A DNA stretch of 64,000 nucleotides. It comes from Eledone cirrhosa (taxonomy: Eukaryota). Under the pieces are notes generated by a model. The model was not told the origin of the DNA. It did not search any database and was given only the letters and a program-made list of their open reading frames with translations. This document shows, in pieces, positions 24,860 through 37,084 of the stretch; within the stretch, counting starts at the first letter, position 1; every line of letters starts with the position of its first letter. The stretch is taken from NCBI GenBank assembly GCA_964016885.1, contig OZ024742.1:117800001-117864000 (forward strand). The letters run 5' to 3'. Both the position numbers and the translations under genes were made by a program.

Positions 24860-26000
24860 TAATTCGTTTGTTTTCTCCCAGTTTTAACAAGTGATCGAGC
24901 CAATCCGTGTTCCCTTCCAGGCCACCGTAAAGTGGTGGGCTTATCCGTGTGCCTTTTATCATTTGTGTGTGTGTAGGTGGGGGGGGGGGGGGGTCTTCTG
25001 AGCTCGTTTCTTTCATTTTTGTGTCTTTCTTTCCAGCTGCTTGTTCATCAGTGATGATGTTATTATTTTCAGTGATCTTGGAGGAATAAGTTCAGGCAGG
25101 CTGTATACATCTTATACATCAGGTTCTGGCATGCAATGGGTCGGTAGTTTTTTTGCGAAGTGGGTGTCTTTGTTCTTGGGGACCAGTAATGTTTGTGCTA
25201 ATGTCAACCATTCTGGTATAAGTGTATCTCCCTTAAGAACTTGTTGGTAGAGGTCAGTAAGATACCTCCGATAGAATATCAGTTTTTTGTATCAGTAGCC
25301 GACAATCATGTCTCTTCCTGGTGTTTTCTTATCTTGGAGTTTTCCTATCACAGTCTCAAGGGTACCCTCACTTATTTCGTATGTTTTGTTGTAGTGTAGG
25401 AGCAATAGTTCTTTCGGATTTCTTTTAGCCACACTGCATCTTGGTTGAAATTCTTCTTTTCACCCCATATTTTGCTTCAAAAGGAATCTATGGGGCCTCA
25501 GTGGCACTTATTATTTTGTTCTTCATATCTTTATAGACTGATGTTAGGTTTCGTCTGAATCTTTTATTAAGCACTTTTCTCTCATCTACCTTCTTCAGGT
25601 ATCGGCGTTTTTCGCTAAACAGCTCTCAATTCTTGTTTGAGGGTGATCAGCTTATATTGAAGACTTCTGGTTCTACTGTTACCAAACATCGTCTCTATTT
25701 TATTTTTCACTCTTTGTTGGTGAGGAGTGAGGGTTTTTTGTGTTTGTTTGCATGTAAGGAGCATTGTCACATATCCTATGGTTTTTCGTAGGTCAGCAAT
25801 CTTTTTTTCTATTTTAGTTATATATGATGGCATTTTTGGTGGTGTTCTGTTCTTGTTAATATCTCTGCTATCACCAAGATAATGCTTCTCTGTCGTTGCT
25901 ATGGCATATAAACAGGCGTTGATTTGCCAGAATGTTGGGGGCTTTATCCGTCGTAAATATTAATTTCCTATTTCGTCAATAACACGTAATATTTCATTAT
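24860..26000 (-). mobile_element. Degenerate, internally deleted R4/Dong-like LINE
   Basis: Minus-strand fragments are homologous to the 28.5-31.5 kb element (KTPGRDMIVGY, PEWLTLAQTLLVPKN; ORF 25615-25833 resembles ORF 30639-31517). Confidence 0.7.
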
Positions 26001-26022
26001 TTGTTTTTTTTTTTATTAAATA

Positions 26023-26051
26023 CTAGCAGCCATACCCGGCGTTGCCCGGGT
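26023..26051 (-). mobile_element. Helitron 3' terminus
   Basis: Minus strand ACCCGGGCAACGCCGGGT hairpin, followed 7 nt later by CTAG|T. The 5' extent was not determined. Confidence 0.7.
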
Positions 26052-26629
26052 GTTAGTCTACCATTAGTAAATAATTTTTTTAAAGAGAAAACAACGTAGC
26101 ACGAATCACAAACAAATATTTATTTTTAACCATAAGAAGTATGTGTTGTTCGATGTAAAAACCGTAAAATGTCATGGCATAAGAAAGGTGAATGAGTGTA
26201 AAAGTGTGACGTTGACGCGGAGAAGCTCCAAACGCAAACTATGCCACAAGGACGTCAGCAGCCCAAAAGTGAGTCACATGGAATTTATGACAATAATGTG
26301 AGGTGTTTGGCAATTCAGGGACTGAAGTCGTTGCGGGATGGCGGAGATAATGTATGACGACTTTGAGTGAAAGGTACAAATGAGGGGGGGGGGTCCATAC
26401 GTTTGCTACAGTAGAAACATGTAAAATTTCCGTTATGCATTGCATATATGTAGGCATTCTAATGATTTATGTAGTTTGAAATGCTTACCATTCTGTATAG
26501 TTGTGGCTGCCAATAGAAACTGTGACGTTGCTTTCCTTAGACTGATTGCAGTGACATAGACCAAACACGAAGGACCCTCAAAATTCCTCAACACAAATTC
26601 TGCACCAACCCCGATTGCAAAAGTAACAG

Positions 26630-26911
26630 AGAATAACGAATAGCGATTATTACGCCAAAAGAAAAAATGCTGAAGCAACTTCTATTGCACGAGATGCAGA
26701 AAACGAAACACAACATTCGATGCGACAGCAAATAAATGCTGAGGCAACTGCTGCTGCTTGGGGTGTAGAAAACGATTCTCAACCCTCACTGCGACAGAAA
26801 GCAAATATTGAGGCAACGTCTATTGCAGGAGATGCAGAGAACGAACCACAGCGTTCATTATTGCGGCATAGAAATACTGAGGCAACTTTTGTGGCTGTGG
26901 ATCGCGGATAA
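26630..26911 (+). repeat. Four degenerate 69-bp (23-codon) repeats, STPR-like
   Basis: AATRYTGARGCAAC recurs at about 26667, 26735, 26804 and 26873. The peptide unit is EN..Q...RQ..NAEAT..A. Confidence 0.65.
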
Positions 26912-27190
26912 AATAGCTATCATTTAGTTATCTATTGTTTCTTCATAAGTACATTTGAAACTTATTGCCTCGTTTAATTGATTTTTTATGTGGTTGATTA
27001 TGCTGATTGGGAGAAGAAATGGTGTATATATTTTATCAAATGATTCTATGGACTTACTTTCTTATATATTGCTCTGATTGTTGATTATTTAATTAATTAA
27101 TTCGTCATTGAGCCACACCGTGAATGGTTGCCAAAAACATATATATATATATCTATGGCTCTGTCTAGTTTATGTATATGTAAACCTCTA

Positions 27191-27424
<234 letters not shown>

Positions 27425-28419
27425 TTATAAAAATACATATCTGTAACAACATTCTTTAACGTATGCGCAATAATATATGAAATAAAATTAAAACCGGGCT
27501 TAAATTTGTACAGCAGTCTGTGCGCAGACGCAAACTCACGTCATTTTCCAGTGTTTACGTTTACACACTGTCACAGCTTGTATTTGTGTATTTATCTTTA
27601 AGTAACGTTCTATCTGTCTATTGTTATGTATTGTAATTCTTACATACGAAAGTAGATCTTCTACCTGGTTACTGAACCTGTTAGAAATAGTAATTAAATG
27701 ACACGCTATTGTCTTAAAAAAGACACAGAATAATCTAATCCTAAATATTCCTTTAGACAGATAGGGATATCATAGCCGGAATAACTCTGATTAAAGACAC
27801 TCTAGCCATGCACCTGCAAAGATGGCTCCAATACACATAACAACTTGTACCTGATTTCGTCTTGAAACTGTTAATATAAATTCTATATAAACATATATTC
27901 ACACACACATACACTCACACGCCCTCACACACACACACCCACACACATATATATATATATATATATACATATGTATGTATGTGTATATGTTATGTGTGTG
28001 TGTATCAATTCATGAATAAATAAAACTGTTCCAAAAGCACCAATATTGCTCCCGAGGGATCACATGCTGCAAATTATCTAGACATTCAGTCTCTTCATTC
28101 TAACTCACATAAACAAACATCCCTCTTAAACACAGCCATAAGGGACTATATTTTTGTTTTTGTTGTCTAGACTTATATAAAAATCTAATTGGTTTGGGGG
28201 AATCCCCGTATATGGGAAGTCGAACCGAAACAATATTACTAAGATCAAAATTATCTGCTGATTCAGGTTCGATAAACTAAGAAGCATAATTCAATTTTGT
28301 TTATTTTAGTTTTATGATCCATGAAAAAGACGCGAACACCCTCCACATACACCTACATACATACACACATATATGCATACATATATACATACATATACAT
28401 ACATATATGCATACATACA

Positions 28420-31400
28420 TGTTATCTCTTTCTCTTAATTTCGAGTATATTTTTTTGACCGGCCACCTTCCTGGTGGCAAGGTTGTAAAAGAAAAGAAAT
28501 TGTCATCCCTTGAATCGCAAGAATGTTTTGCAAATTTTGAAGGTGCCAGCTATCGCAGCCATTTGTAGACTATGAATTAGGGAGCTGCGCTTTTTGTCCG
28601 CAAATCCAAGTTCAGTCATACTTTGGTCCAAGCGGGTTGGTATATAACCCGTAGCTCCAATAATGATGGGTATGAAGCTAAAGGTGTATCTTGGATACTG
28701 GATTTGTAAACTCCTCATCAATGGTCCGTAGATGTCCTCCTTCTCCTGTATTTTTCTGACAACGTTTACACCAAGTGGGCAGCTGATCTCCACAACAGAA
28801 CACGTTTTCAATGTGTGGTCCCAAACAACAATATCAGGCCGGTTGTGCTTTAATTTGGTGGCAGTTTTTATTTTCAGGTTCCACCAGTATTCATTAGTGC
28901 CATCTGTCTCAATATATTCTTCCTCGTTTGTTGTTAATTTTGTTTTCCGAAGTGCGTTCCAGATGGTTCTAGCTATCCCATCGTGTCTCATGGGGAGGTA
29001 GTAGCGAGATGACATTCTTTCGCAGCTGGCAACAATGTGGCTTACATCCTCGATCTTTGTTTTACATAGCCTACATTTATTGTCAGCTGCTGGCCCTCCC
29101 CTTTTGTGCAGCAGATATTTGGTAGGGAGTTCTTGTTCCTGTATTGCATAGAGATATCCCTCAAGGTGTGATGTCATAAACTTGTCGGAACTCCATGCCA
29201 GGCTTTTTGAGTGGTTTATCCCCTCTATGGTCTGTGTTTTACGCCTCAAGTATCCATGCACAACTTTTTCTGTAAATTGGTCAATTTTTTTATCTTGTTT
29301 GAACATTGAATAGGATCTTCCGATTTCTCTGGGTGAAAGATTTATATCAGGCTTTATTCCATATCTCTCCTCCAGATCAGTCGCTATTCTAATGATATTT
29401 TTTTTTTCATGCTCATAAACCTGGGCAAGATGGTTACCAACCTTTTTCCTCTGTTGAAGGTGTTGCTTCAGTGTTACTATCCGAGTCTCATATGTTGTTA
29501 ATATTGATTTTAGACCCCGGTCACCTTCCTTGCGTGAGAAGTATAGCCTATCCACATCACCATTGATGTTAAAGTTCCCAGTAACACTGAGAAGTTTTCG
29601 AGTTCTAACATCCATCTCACTTAGTTCTTGCAATGACCAGTTCAGCAGGCCAAATGTTGGCATTAGAATTGGCACAGCATAAGTATTGTGGGCAATGTAT
29701 TTGTTGTACGATGACAGTTCTGATGACCATATTTTCTTTACTCTTCTGAGGTATTCAGTTCTGGTTTTCTCCTTATTTATGGGTCCATCATATCTGACAT
29801 TCTCATACTGTCCAAGATATCTGTAGTTGTCACCTGACTGTAGAGGTTGTATTGTCAGGCCGTTCATCTCTAGATTTCTAGAGGAGGGCACAGCTCTTCC
29901 ACGTTTTACTGCCAAATATGCACACTTAGACTTACCAAATTTCATTTTGATGTCGGTTGAAAATTGTGTAATGAGGTCCAATTGTTTCTTGATGTCATTG
30001 ATATTTGGCCCATACAACTTCAGGTCGTCAACAAAGAAAAGATGGGAGATACTTCTGGGCCCACTGCTTTGTCCACCTTGTTTCCTGAGTAGGTAAGATA
30101 GTGGATTCAGTGAGAGAACGAAGAGTAGCACTGACAAACTGTCACCCTGAAAGATGGCCTTCTGGTAATGTATCTTATCAGTCTTAACTTGCTCCTTCTC
30201 ACCTCTAAGGATCAAATTGGTGTACCAGTTCTTGGTCAGGGGTTCAACAGCAGCTACCAATGGTTGTGGGACTTTAGCTAACTGTAAAGCCTTAATAATC
30301 CACCCATGAGGTACACTATCAAATGCTTTTTGATAGTCCAGCCACACCACAGTCATGTTTCTGCGATTCTTTGTTGTTTTTTCCTGAATCATTTTGTTAG
30401 TTAGTAGGTGATCTATGCATCCCACACCTCCCTCTTTCCACCAGGTTGCTCAGGTGTTATGATGTTGTTGGTAGCACAGTGATCCTGTAAGAACAGGTTA
30501 AGGCACCCAGTATATAATTTATACATGATGTTTTGGCAGGCTATTGGGCGGTAATTTTTAGCAAGGGTGGTTTGGCTATTTTGGGGAATGAGGAGAGTAG
30601 TGGCAGTTGATAACCATCTGGGCAGTTCTTGTGTACCTTTAATGGTTTCTGTAAACAGCCGTATGAGATCTTGCCGATAGAAAGTGAAATTCTTCAACCA
30701 GTATCCTGTAATGAGGTCTGGGCCTGGCGATTTCCTGTAGAGCTGTTTCCAGTATTGACCCATCTATGTCATATTGTTTTGTCTGGACATGTTGGCAGTA
30801 GTCCTGTTCCAGTTCTTTTAGCCAATTAGTTTGTCTGTTGAATCCGTCATCCTTTTCCCATACAGATCTCCAGTAGCTCTTAACCTGTTCTTTTGAAGGG
30901 GTGTCATTTACAGGGATTGAGCTTTTGCCACCGAAGCTGCGATAAACTGATTTAGGATCTCTGGCAAACAATCTATTTAGCACTTGTCGTTTATGTGCTG
31001 TTAACTTATATTTTAGTCTTTCTGTTGTAGCTGTGAGTTGTTGTTTCAACTGGTGTAATTTGGAGTTCAAAGTTTTAAATTTTGTATCTCCAAACCGTCT
31101 CTCTAACTTTTTTTTTAGGTCTTCCTGGTGTCGTGTGAAGTTGCTCTCTATGTTGCATTTCATAACGACTGCGATGTGTGAGATACTTCGTCTCAGGGAC
31201 AAAATTTTGCTTTTTAAATTTCGCATCCACGCTGGTTCAGGCTTTCTGTTTGTATCTTGATTGCGTGGTTTTAGATGTGTGTTATATGATAGCAATGTGA
31301 CAGCTGAAACATATAACAAAACATTAAGCGTTTCAAATGTCGTTTCTACACCTTTAGATCGTATAACCTTCAGATAATTGCCAGCTATTTCGTTCACCGC

Positions 31401-31586
31401 TTCTAATTCCAATTTAGTGGGTTCTTTACTGATTCTGGTGTTGTATGGTCTGTCACTCACATTAAGGCTGTGTATCTCTTGAAACATATCGTTCCATATC
31501 ACTTGTAGGGTGTCCACAAGTTTTTGGTGTTCTTTTTGTTCAGTAGAGTCATGAATTTCAGCCTCGTTGTTGATGTGGTGACAATT
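28420..31586 (-). mobile_element. R4/Dong-clade non-LTR retrotransposon (RT + restriction-like endonuclease), 5'-truncated, two frameshifts
   Basis: ORFs 30639-31517, 30413-30763 and 28503-30425. RT motifs NYRPIAC, WLDYQKAFDSVPH, IFQGDSLS, FVDDLKLY. CCHC CRLC..HIVASC, RHD, and RLE motif KHNRPDIVVWD..VEISCP. Confidence 0.9.
28503..30425 (-). CDS. RT-RLE C-terminal portion of the R4/Dong-like ORF (pseudogenised)
   Basis: 640-aa open frame with the RT, CCHC and PD-(D/E)xK-type motifs listed above. Confidence 0.85.
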   Translation of the reverse strand: MGCIDHLLTNKMIQEKTTKNRRNMTVVWLDYQKAFDSVPHGWIIKALQLAKVPQPLVAAVEPLTKNWYTNLILRGEKEQVKTDKIHYQKAIFQGDSLSVLLFVLSLNPLSYLLRKQGGQSSGPRSISHLFFVDDLKLYGPNINDIKKQLDLITQFSTDIKMKFGKSKCAYLAVKRGRAVPSSRNLEMNGLTIQPLQSGDNYRYLGQYENVRYDGPINKEKTRTEYLRRVKKIWSSELSSYNKYIAHNTYAVPILMPTFGLLNWSLQELSEMDVRTRKLLSVTGNFNINGDVDRLYFSRKEGDRGLKSILTTYETRIVTLKQHLQQRKKVGNHLAQVYEHEKKNIIRIATDLEERYGIKPDINLSPREIGRSYSMFKQDKKIDQFTEKVVHGYLRRKTQTIEGINHSKSLAWSSDKFMTSHLEGYLYAIQEQELPTKYLLHKRGGPAADNKCRLCKTKIEDVSHIVASCERMSSRYYLPMRHDGIARTIWNALRKTKLTTNEEEYIETDGTNEYWWNLKIKTATKLKHNRPDIVVWDHTLKTCSVVEISCPLGVNVVRKIQEKEDIYGPLMRSLQIQYPRYTFSFIPIIIGATGYIPTRLDQSMTELGFADKKRSSLIHSLQMAAIAGTFKICKTFLRFKG

Positions 31587-31640
31587 ATGTATGTATGTAT
31601 GTATGTATGTATGTATGTATGTATGTATGTATGTATGTAT

Positions 31641-32252
31641 TATGTCAGGTCACCAGTTGGTGCTACTGGTAACATGTATCCCAGTACAACCTGTCCCATG
31701 GTCGGGTCGTTGGCGACTAAACTGGCAACCCCACCAAGGTTTCTTGGTGAGGAGGGTGACTTTGGACATCCTGCAGGACTAAAAACAAAACCTGTCAAAG
31801 GGCAAAGGAGCTCTTAAGAGTCAATGGCCATCCAAAATCACCGGGAGAGATGACCCCTTAACCTTTGTCAAGGCAGAATTCTAGGAGAAGGAAAACTCTG
31901 ATATAACACCTGCAACCCTGATGGTATCCAATGATGTTGACTTGTTCTTCTTTTTGGTAAATATCATCTTGGTTAAGAGAGTGGGACTGGCTTTGTGCAG
32001 TGCCTTTGCTCACTATAAAAGCTTCACGGCACAGGCATTGCTTTATATCTGGAGATCTCTCTGCACTTGTCGTCACATGGTACCATGGGCCCAGCACTAT
32101 GTGTCAGTAATTGTCACAAGTGTAGTGTTTGTACCAGAGTTTTCAAGTCGCAGGCTGGACTAAAAAGTCACACTCGTTCAGCGCATCGGTAGGGGTTCTC
32201 CTACATGGATATAAAGTAGTGGCCGTACTCGAAAACGAGTTGGCAGCCACCA
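31641..32252 (+). mobile_element. Non-autonomous RTE derivative flanked by (TATG)n
   Basis: Ends in CSVCTRVFKSQAGLKSHTRSAHR*, a C2H2 motif like the C-terminus of the RTE at 57.6 kb. Its 3' motif GGCCGTACTCGAAAACGAGTTGGCAGCCACC is shared with 56712-56746 and 57380-57417. Confidence 0.7.
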
Positions 32253-32421
32253 TGTATGTATGTATGTATGTATGTATGTATGTATGTATGTATGTATGTA
32301 TGTATGTATACATGTATGGTATGTGTATATGTATGTATGGATGCATGTGCATACGTATGTATGTATATATGTATGTATGTTCTTCTGGTTTTATAATTTT
32401 ATAATTTTTTACCAATAGATA

Positions 32422-32719
32422 TATTTCTTTATTAGCCACAAGGGCGCACAAGAAAAGGGGACAATACAAAGACATGCCGGGGATTTCACATGCAGTCGTG
32501 TAAAAAATATAAAAACAAAAAATTACAACAATCGAAATCCCCAATAGGGGGGAGGCGCCACAAATAGGTTGTTTAATACCCCGTCGATAGAACAACCCTC
32601 AACTCCAGGAGCGTCTTGTGCAAGTGCTCCTTTCTTCCTTTTGCTCTCTTCCTCAACCTACAGGCTTATACACAGAGAAGGCCCAATCACTCGGGCCATT
32701 TTCGCTTCATTCACCCACC
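32422..32719 (-). mobile_element. 298-bp 5'-truncated Tx1 (copy-B family) with 16-bp TSD
   Basis: Near-identical to the reverse complement of 17180-17460. TSD TTTTTACCAATAGATA at 32406-32421 and 32720-32735. Confidence 0.92.
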
Positions 32720-33344
32720 TTTTTACCAATAGATAGAGAGTCAGTTTCTAACATAGATGTAAGACTCTCTCATTGGGATTTACACATCATCAACTAGGTA
32801 GATATGTACGCATGTCTGCATGCATGCATGCATGTGTGTGCAGGTATGGATGTTAATATAAGTGTGGATGTGTATGTTTTGAGTTATATGTGTGCATGGG
32901 CACATGCTTTGTATCTGTACATGTGCACATGCAGTTATTAGATGTAGAATGTTTTTAATGAATTACATATTTTACATGTTCCATTAATGGATTGTACTTG
33001 TTATTTCCTAACTAGTCGTGTTCTTTCTGTTTCTGTGAAGCCCAGCTTCTCAATATTTGTATTGAGGCAGTTACTAACATATCCTAGTGCCTCAATAATC
33101 ACAGGCATAAATCTGAAAGTATAGTCAGGCTGGAGTATCTACAGATTTCTCATTAGTTCTGCGTAGATATTCTCCTTTTCGCTAATCTTTAATATTATAT
33201 TGGCATCTGCTGGGCAGTTAACTTCCACTACTGTGAATTCCTTCTTTTTCCTGTCCCATATCATTATACCTGGTCTGTTATGCTTGCATTTTATTTGGGT
33301 TTTGACTGGAATATTCCACCAGTACTCTTTCATATTACATTAGT

Positions 33345-33522
33345 AAGGATCTCAGTCTCACAAATGTGTGGTAAAATGACAAATCAGTCAATCATATTGG
33401 TGGCCTCCCCACAGCCCCGGTGGACAGAATAGAGAAGGCGTTTCCCCGGAGGACGGTAAGGAAGACGCGCTGGAAAAGCCATTCCAACTCGCGGTGCTCG
33501 TATGCGTATGTCTCCCGCATTG
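33345..33522 (-). mobile_element. CRE-like RLE LINE 3' fragment
   Basis: Translates to WLFQRVFLTVLRGNAFSILS, resembling the Q-R-x-S/T...RGNA C-terminal motif of CRE-type elements. Confidence 0.55.
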
Positions 33523-33738
33523 CTTTTGATGAGTTTAATGTCTGGGCTATCTTTTCTACGGATTGATTGTACAGTGTTTTGGCCACTAGACCACTCGTGA
33601 TCCATTGGGTCACATTCACTTCAAAATATTTTTTTTAAAAATTATGTTCACTTAAAAAACAATTTTTAAATAATTAAAATATACTTAGACATGTATATAA
33701 CGTAAAATGAAATTGTAAGGCCCATGTATATATATATG

Positions 33739-34170
33739 GAAAAAAATGGAATTGAAATTTCATTTCTCACTCTTAGTACGGCTGATACTTAAATATAAGT
33801 ATGTGTACGTACATACATATATGTATACAGACGTACAGTAGTATGTATATACATAAATATATATGTACGTATGGGTTTACCGAACATTTATTATCATGTT
33901 CAGTTTGTTTGTAAACAAACAGCCCAAATAAAGCCGTACAGTGTTCATAAACCATCGTTGTCCTTTTGTTTAACAATGACAAAGGAATGATGAACTAGTT
34001 TCTAGCTTCTTAGCTGTCATCAGCACCGTATACCTTCCAGTCAATCGATTGAACGTTTGAAAGTATATACTTTCCTTATGCATATTAACGGCTGAGTAGC
34101 CTAATTTGCATATCGAGTGAGTTAGTCGGCCGGGCGCACCGTAAACGATAAATGAAAAAAAATGAATTTT
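33739..34170 (-). mobile_element. Non-coding hammerhead-bearing repeat monomer (retrozyme-like)
   Basis: Homologous to 55994-56525 and contains the hammerhead at 33986-34030. Confidence 0.75.
33986..34030 (-). ncRNA. Type I hammerhead ribozyme motif
   Basis: CGGTG CTGATGA cAGCT aaga AGCTa GAAA CTAG TT CATCA: intact cores and a palindromic stem III (ACTAGT). Confidence 0.8.
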
Positions 34171-34178
34171 TTTCTTTT

Positions 34179-34505
34179 CTAAGGCGGGTAAAATTCCCGA
34201 GATCCATGGACGAGTTCTCTCCAGCGGTCTCTGTCCCTCATTATCGCTGCCATGTCCTGCGTCTCCAACAGACCAGTGTCTGTCCTTAGGGCATCAACAT
34301 ACGTTAACCTTGGTCTTCCTCTTCTAGTGTGTCCTTGTAGGGGATCCCAAGGGAGCACTGAGTGCAATGTCAACTCTGGATGTCGGTGAGCATGTCCAGC
34401 TAACCCCAGTCTCCTCTGTGTCACTTTTGAGCTGACTTTTGGGATGCTCCCATACAGCTCTGAGTTTTTCATCCTCAGTGTATACTGATTAATGTTCAGA
34501 GCCAT
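34179..34505 (-). mobile_element. RTE/RTEX-like LINE 3' fragment
   Basis: RRLGLAGHAHRH...WDP...RRGRPRLTYVD...RDRWR, a typical RTE-group C-terminus. Confidence 0.75.
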
Positions 34506-34534
34506 ACATACTTATATATATATATATATATATT

Positions 34535-34860
34535 CCTTACTCACATTTCGACCAGGTTTGATGGTCTTTATTCTCTCTCGTCCACGATTTCACAGAACTT
34601 ATGTTCATCGATTTCAGGGACTTTACTCCTTCTTCCTCACTTTTCGTTGCATTACCATCTTTGTTTGTTTACTGTCTCGCTCGTTCCCCCTATTTTTACG
34701 TGTCCCAACGACTTTCTTTAGCCGTTGCTCGCACCAACCAGAGGTATATGGTCTTTAAAGCGATGAAATACCAATGAAGGCTGGAAGATCACTGATGAAG
34801 GACTAAATTTATTCATATGTAACCCATTTGCAACCACGCACCACGCCATGTTTTCATATT

Positions 34861-34865
<5 letters not shown>
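34535..34865 (+). mobile_element. Non-coding repeat related to 37079-37740, between (TA)n tracts
   Basis: Shares TTGCTCGCACCAACC.GAGGTATATG...GCGATGAAATACCAATGA...ATCACTGAYGAAGGACTA...CATATGTAACCCAT.TGCAACCACGCA. Confidence 0.7.
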
Positions 34866-34952
<87 letters not shown>

Positions 34953-35154
34953 GTGTGTGTGTGATAAATATATGTGTGTGTGTGTGCGCGCGTATGTGGG
35001 TGTCTGCGACCTATAAACACTGGTCACACGCAGACACACACACACATACACACACTTAGAAACCCTAGCAGGAAATATTCGCTACAGACATAGATACAAT
35101 AATGCTGCATTCGATTCTTTAAAGTCACTTGTTATAATTTTATTCAACAACACC

Positions 35155-35224
<70 letters not shown>

Positions 35225-36157
35225 ACTTCCATTTTCCTTCTCTCTTTCTATGTCTATCTTTCAATCTACTCTCTCAGAACCACTATCTGTTTCTCTCTAT
35301 CTTCTATCTTTCTCTCTTTCCTTCTCTATTTATGAATCTACCCGGAAAAATCCCGTATCTCTCGGGAACCCGTGCTCCGATTTACGCGAAACTTGTTTTA
35401 TTCCATTTGTATTCCCATTTCAGATTCAACTTCCTCTCAAAGTATTTTCCCATTATGCGCCGTTTTGGCTGTATTAAATTACAGACAAGCACACAATCAC
35501 AGAGTTTTAGATATGGCCCCTTCAGTTAATTTTGATTATATATATGATCTCGAAGTGGATTTAGTTATTACGATCTAGTGGGGCTTTTTTTCAACTAGAG
35601 TTTCATTATATAATTCCGTGAAATGATATGATATCACCTATGTTTGAGCTACATTGTTAGGCATGTACTTAGATTTGTATAGTTTTCATCTCTAGCATAT
35701 AAAAAAGTAAAATTCCCCTCTGCATAAGCCTTGGTAATGACTAATTGTGGTGTCTATCTCACCCAGTTTTGGTTGAAATATTTGTAGTTTTGGTTAGAGA
35801 TAACATTGTACGCGTGTTACGTTTCGTGCGTAAATTACTGCAATCGACCTACCTCTGTTTTCAATTTCTATACAGCTGCAACTAATTTATCGTTAAACAT
35901 GGTGAAAGTTTGATTTAAATTACTCCTTATCTCATTTATTGAGTTGTAATTTGGTTTTCTAGTAAAACGTTCATGCACACACACACACGCAAATACACAC
36001 GAACACACACACATACAAACGCATAAATATATATATATATAAAGTATTTCCGTAAAAAAAGGTAAAGTAAAGAAGAGTGCTCCATGCATAGTACAGAGCT
36101 ATTTAATTATGTAATAAACTACATAATACAATTATATTGTGTTGTTTATTACATAAT

Positions 36158-36193
<36 letters not shown>

Positions 36194-36444
36194 AAAATGT
36201 ATGACCCCCACGGCAGAGCTCAAGCCGTTTCGACGGCTATTTCTGGACTATTACCCACTCTACTACCCTAAGTATTGAGTACTCTGTTGCGTTATAGTCC
36301 ACCTGGTTCCTTACCACAACTCCTTCGTTATATATATATATATATTTCAGGAACGATCGACTTTCGTCAAATCGGACCGAAGAAACAATGTTTCCATTGG
36401 TCTTTCCAATTGCTAATACTATCTATCGGTCGCAAATCCAGGTA

Positions 36445-36561
36445 GAAGGAGCAACGTGAAATAAAGTGTCTTGCACAAGGACATAACGCATCGCCTGGTC
36501 CAGGAATCGAACTCACAACCTCACGATTGCGAATCCAATTCTCTAACCACTCAGCCACATG

Positions 36562-36565
<4 letters not shown>
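36445..36565 (-). mobile_element. tRNA-headed SINE 5' part (second SINE family)
   Basis: A-box TGGCTGAGTGG and B-box GAGTTCGATTCC, then TGTCCTTGTGCAAGACACTTTA. Confidence 0.75.

Positions 36566-37078
<513 letters not shown>

Positions 37079-37084
<6 letters not shown>

Larger units (their letters stand above)
32380..33620 (-). mobile_element. R4-like 3' fragment (second family), interrupted by Tx1 and CRE-like inserts
   Basis: EYWWNIPVKTQIKCKHNRP..VVEVNCPAD. The 3' end ACCAGAAGAA(CATA)n is shared with the 49-50 kb copies. Confidence 0.8.

Noticed and set aside
26630-26911. CRISPR-like spacing of recurring motifs
   Set aside because: Eukaryotic context, degenerate coding-type repeats and no cas genes.
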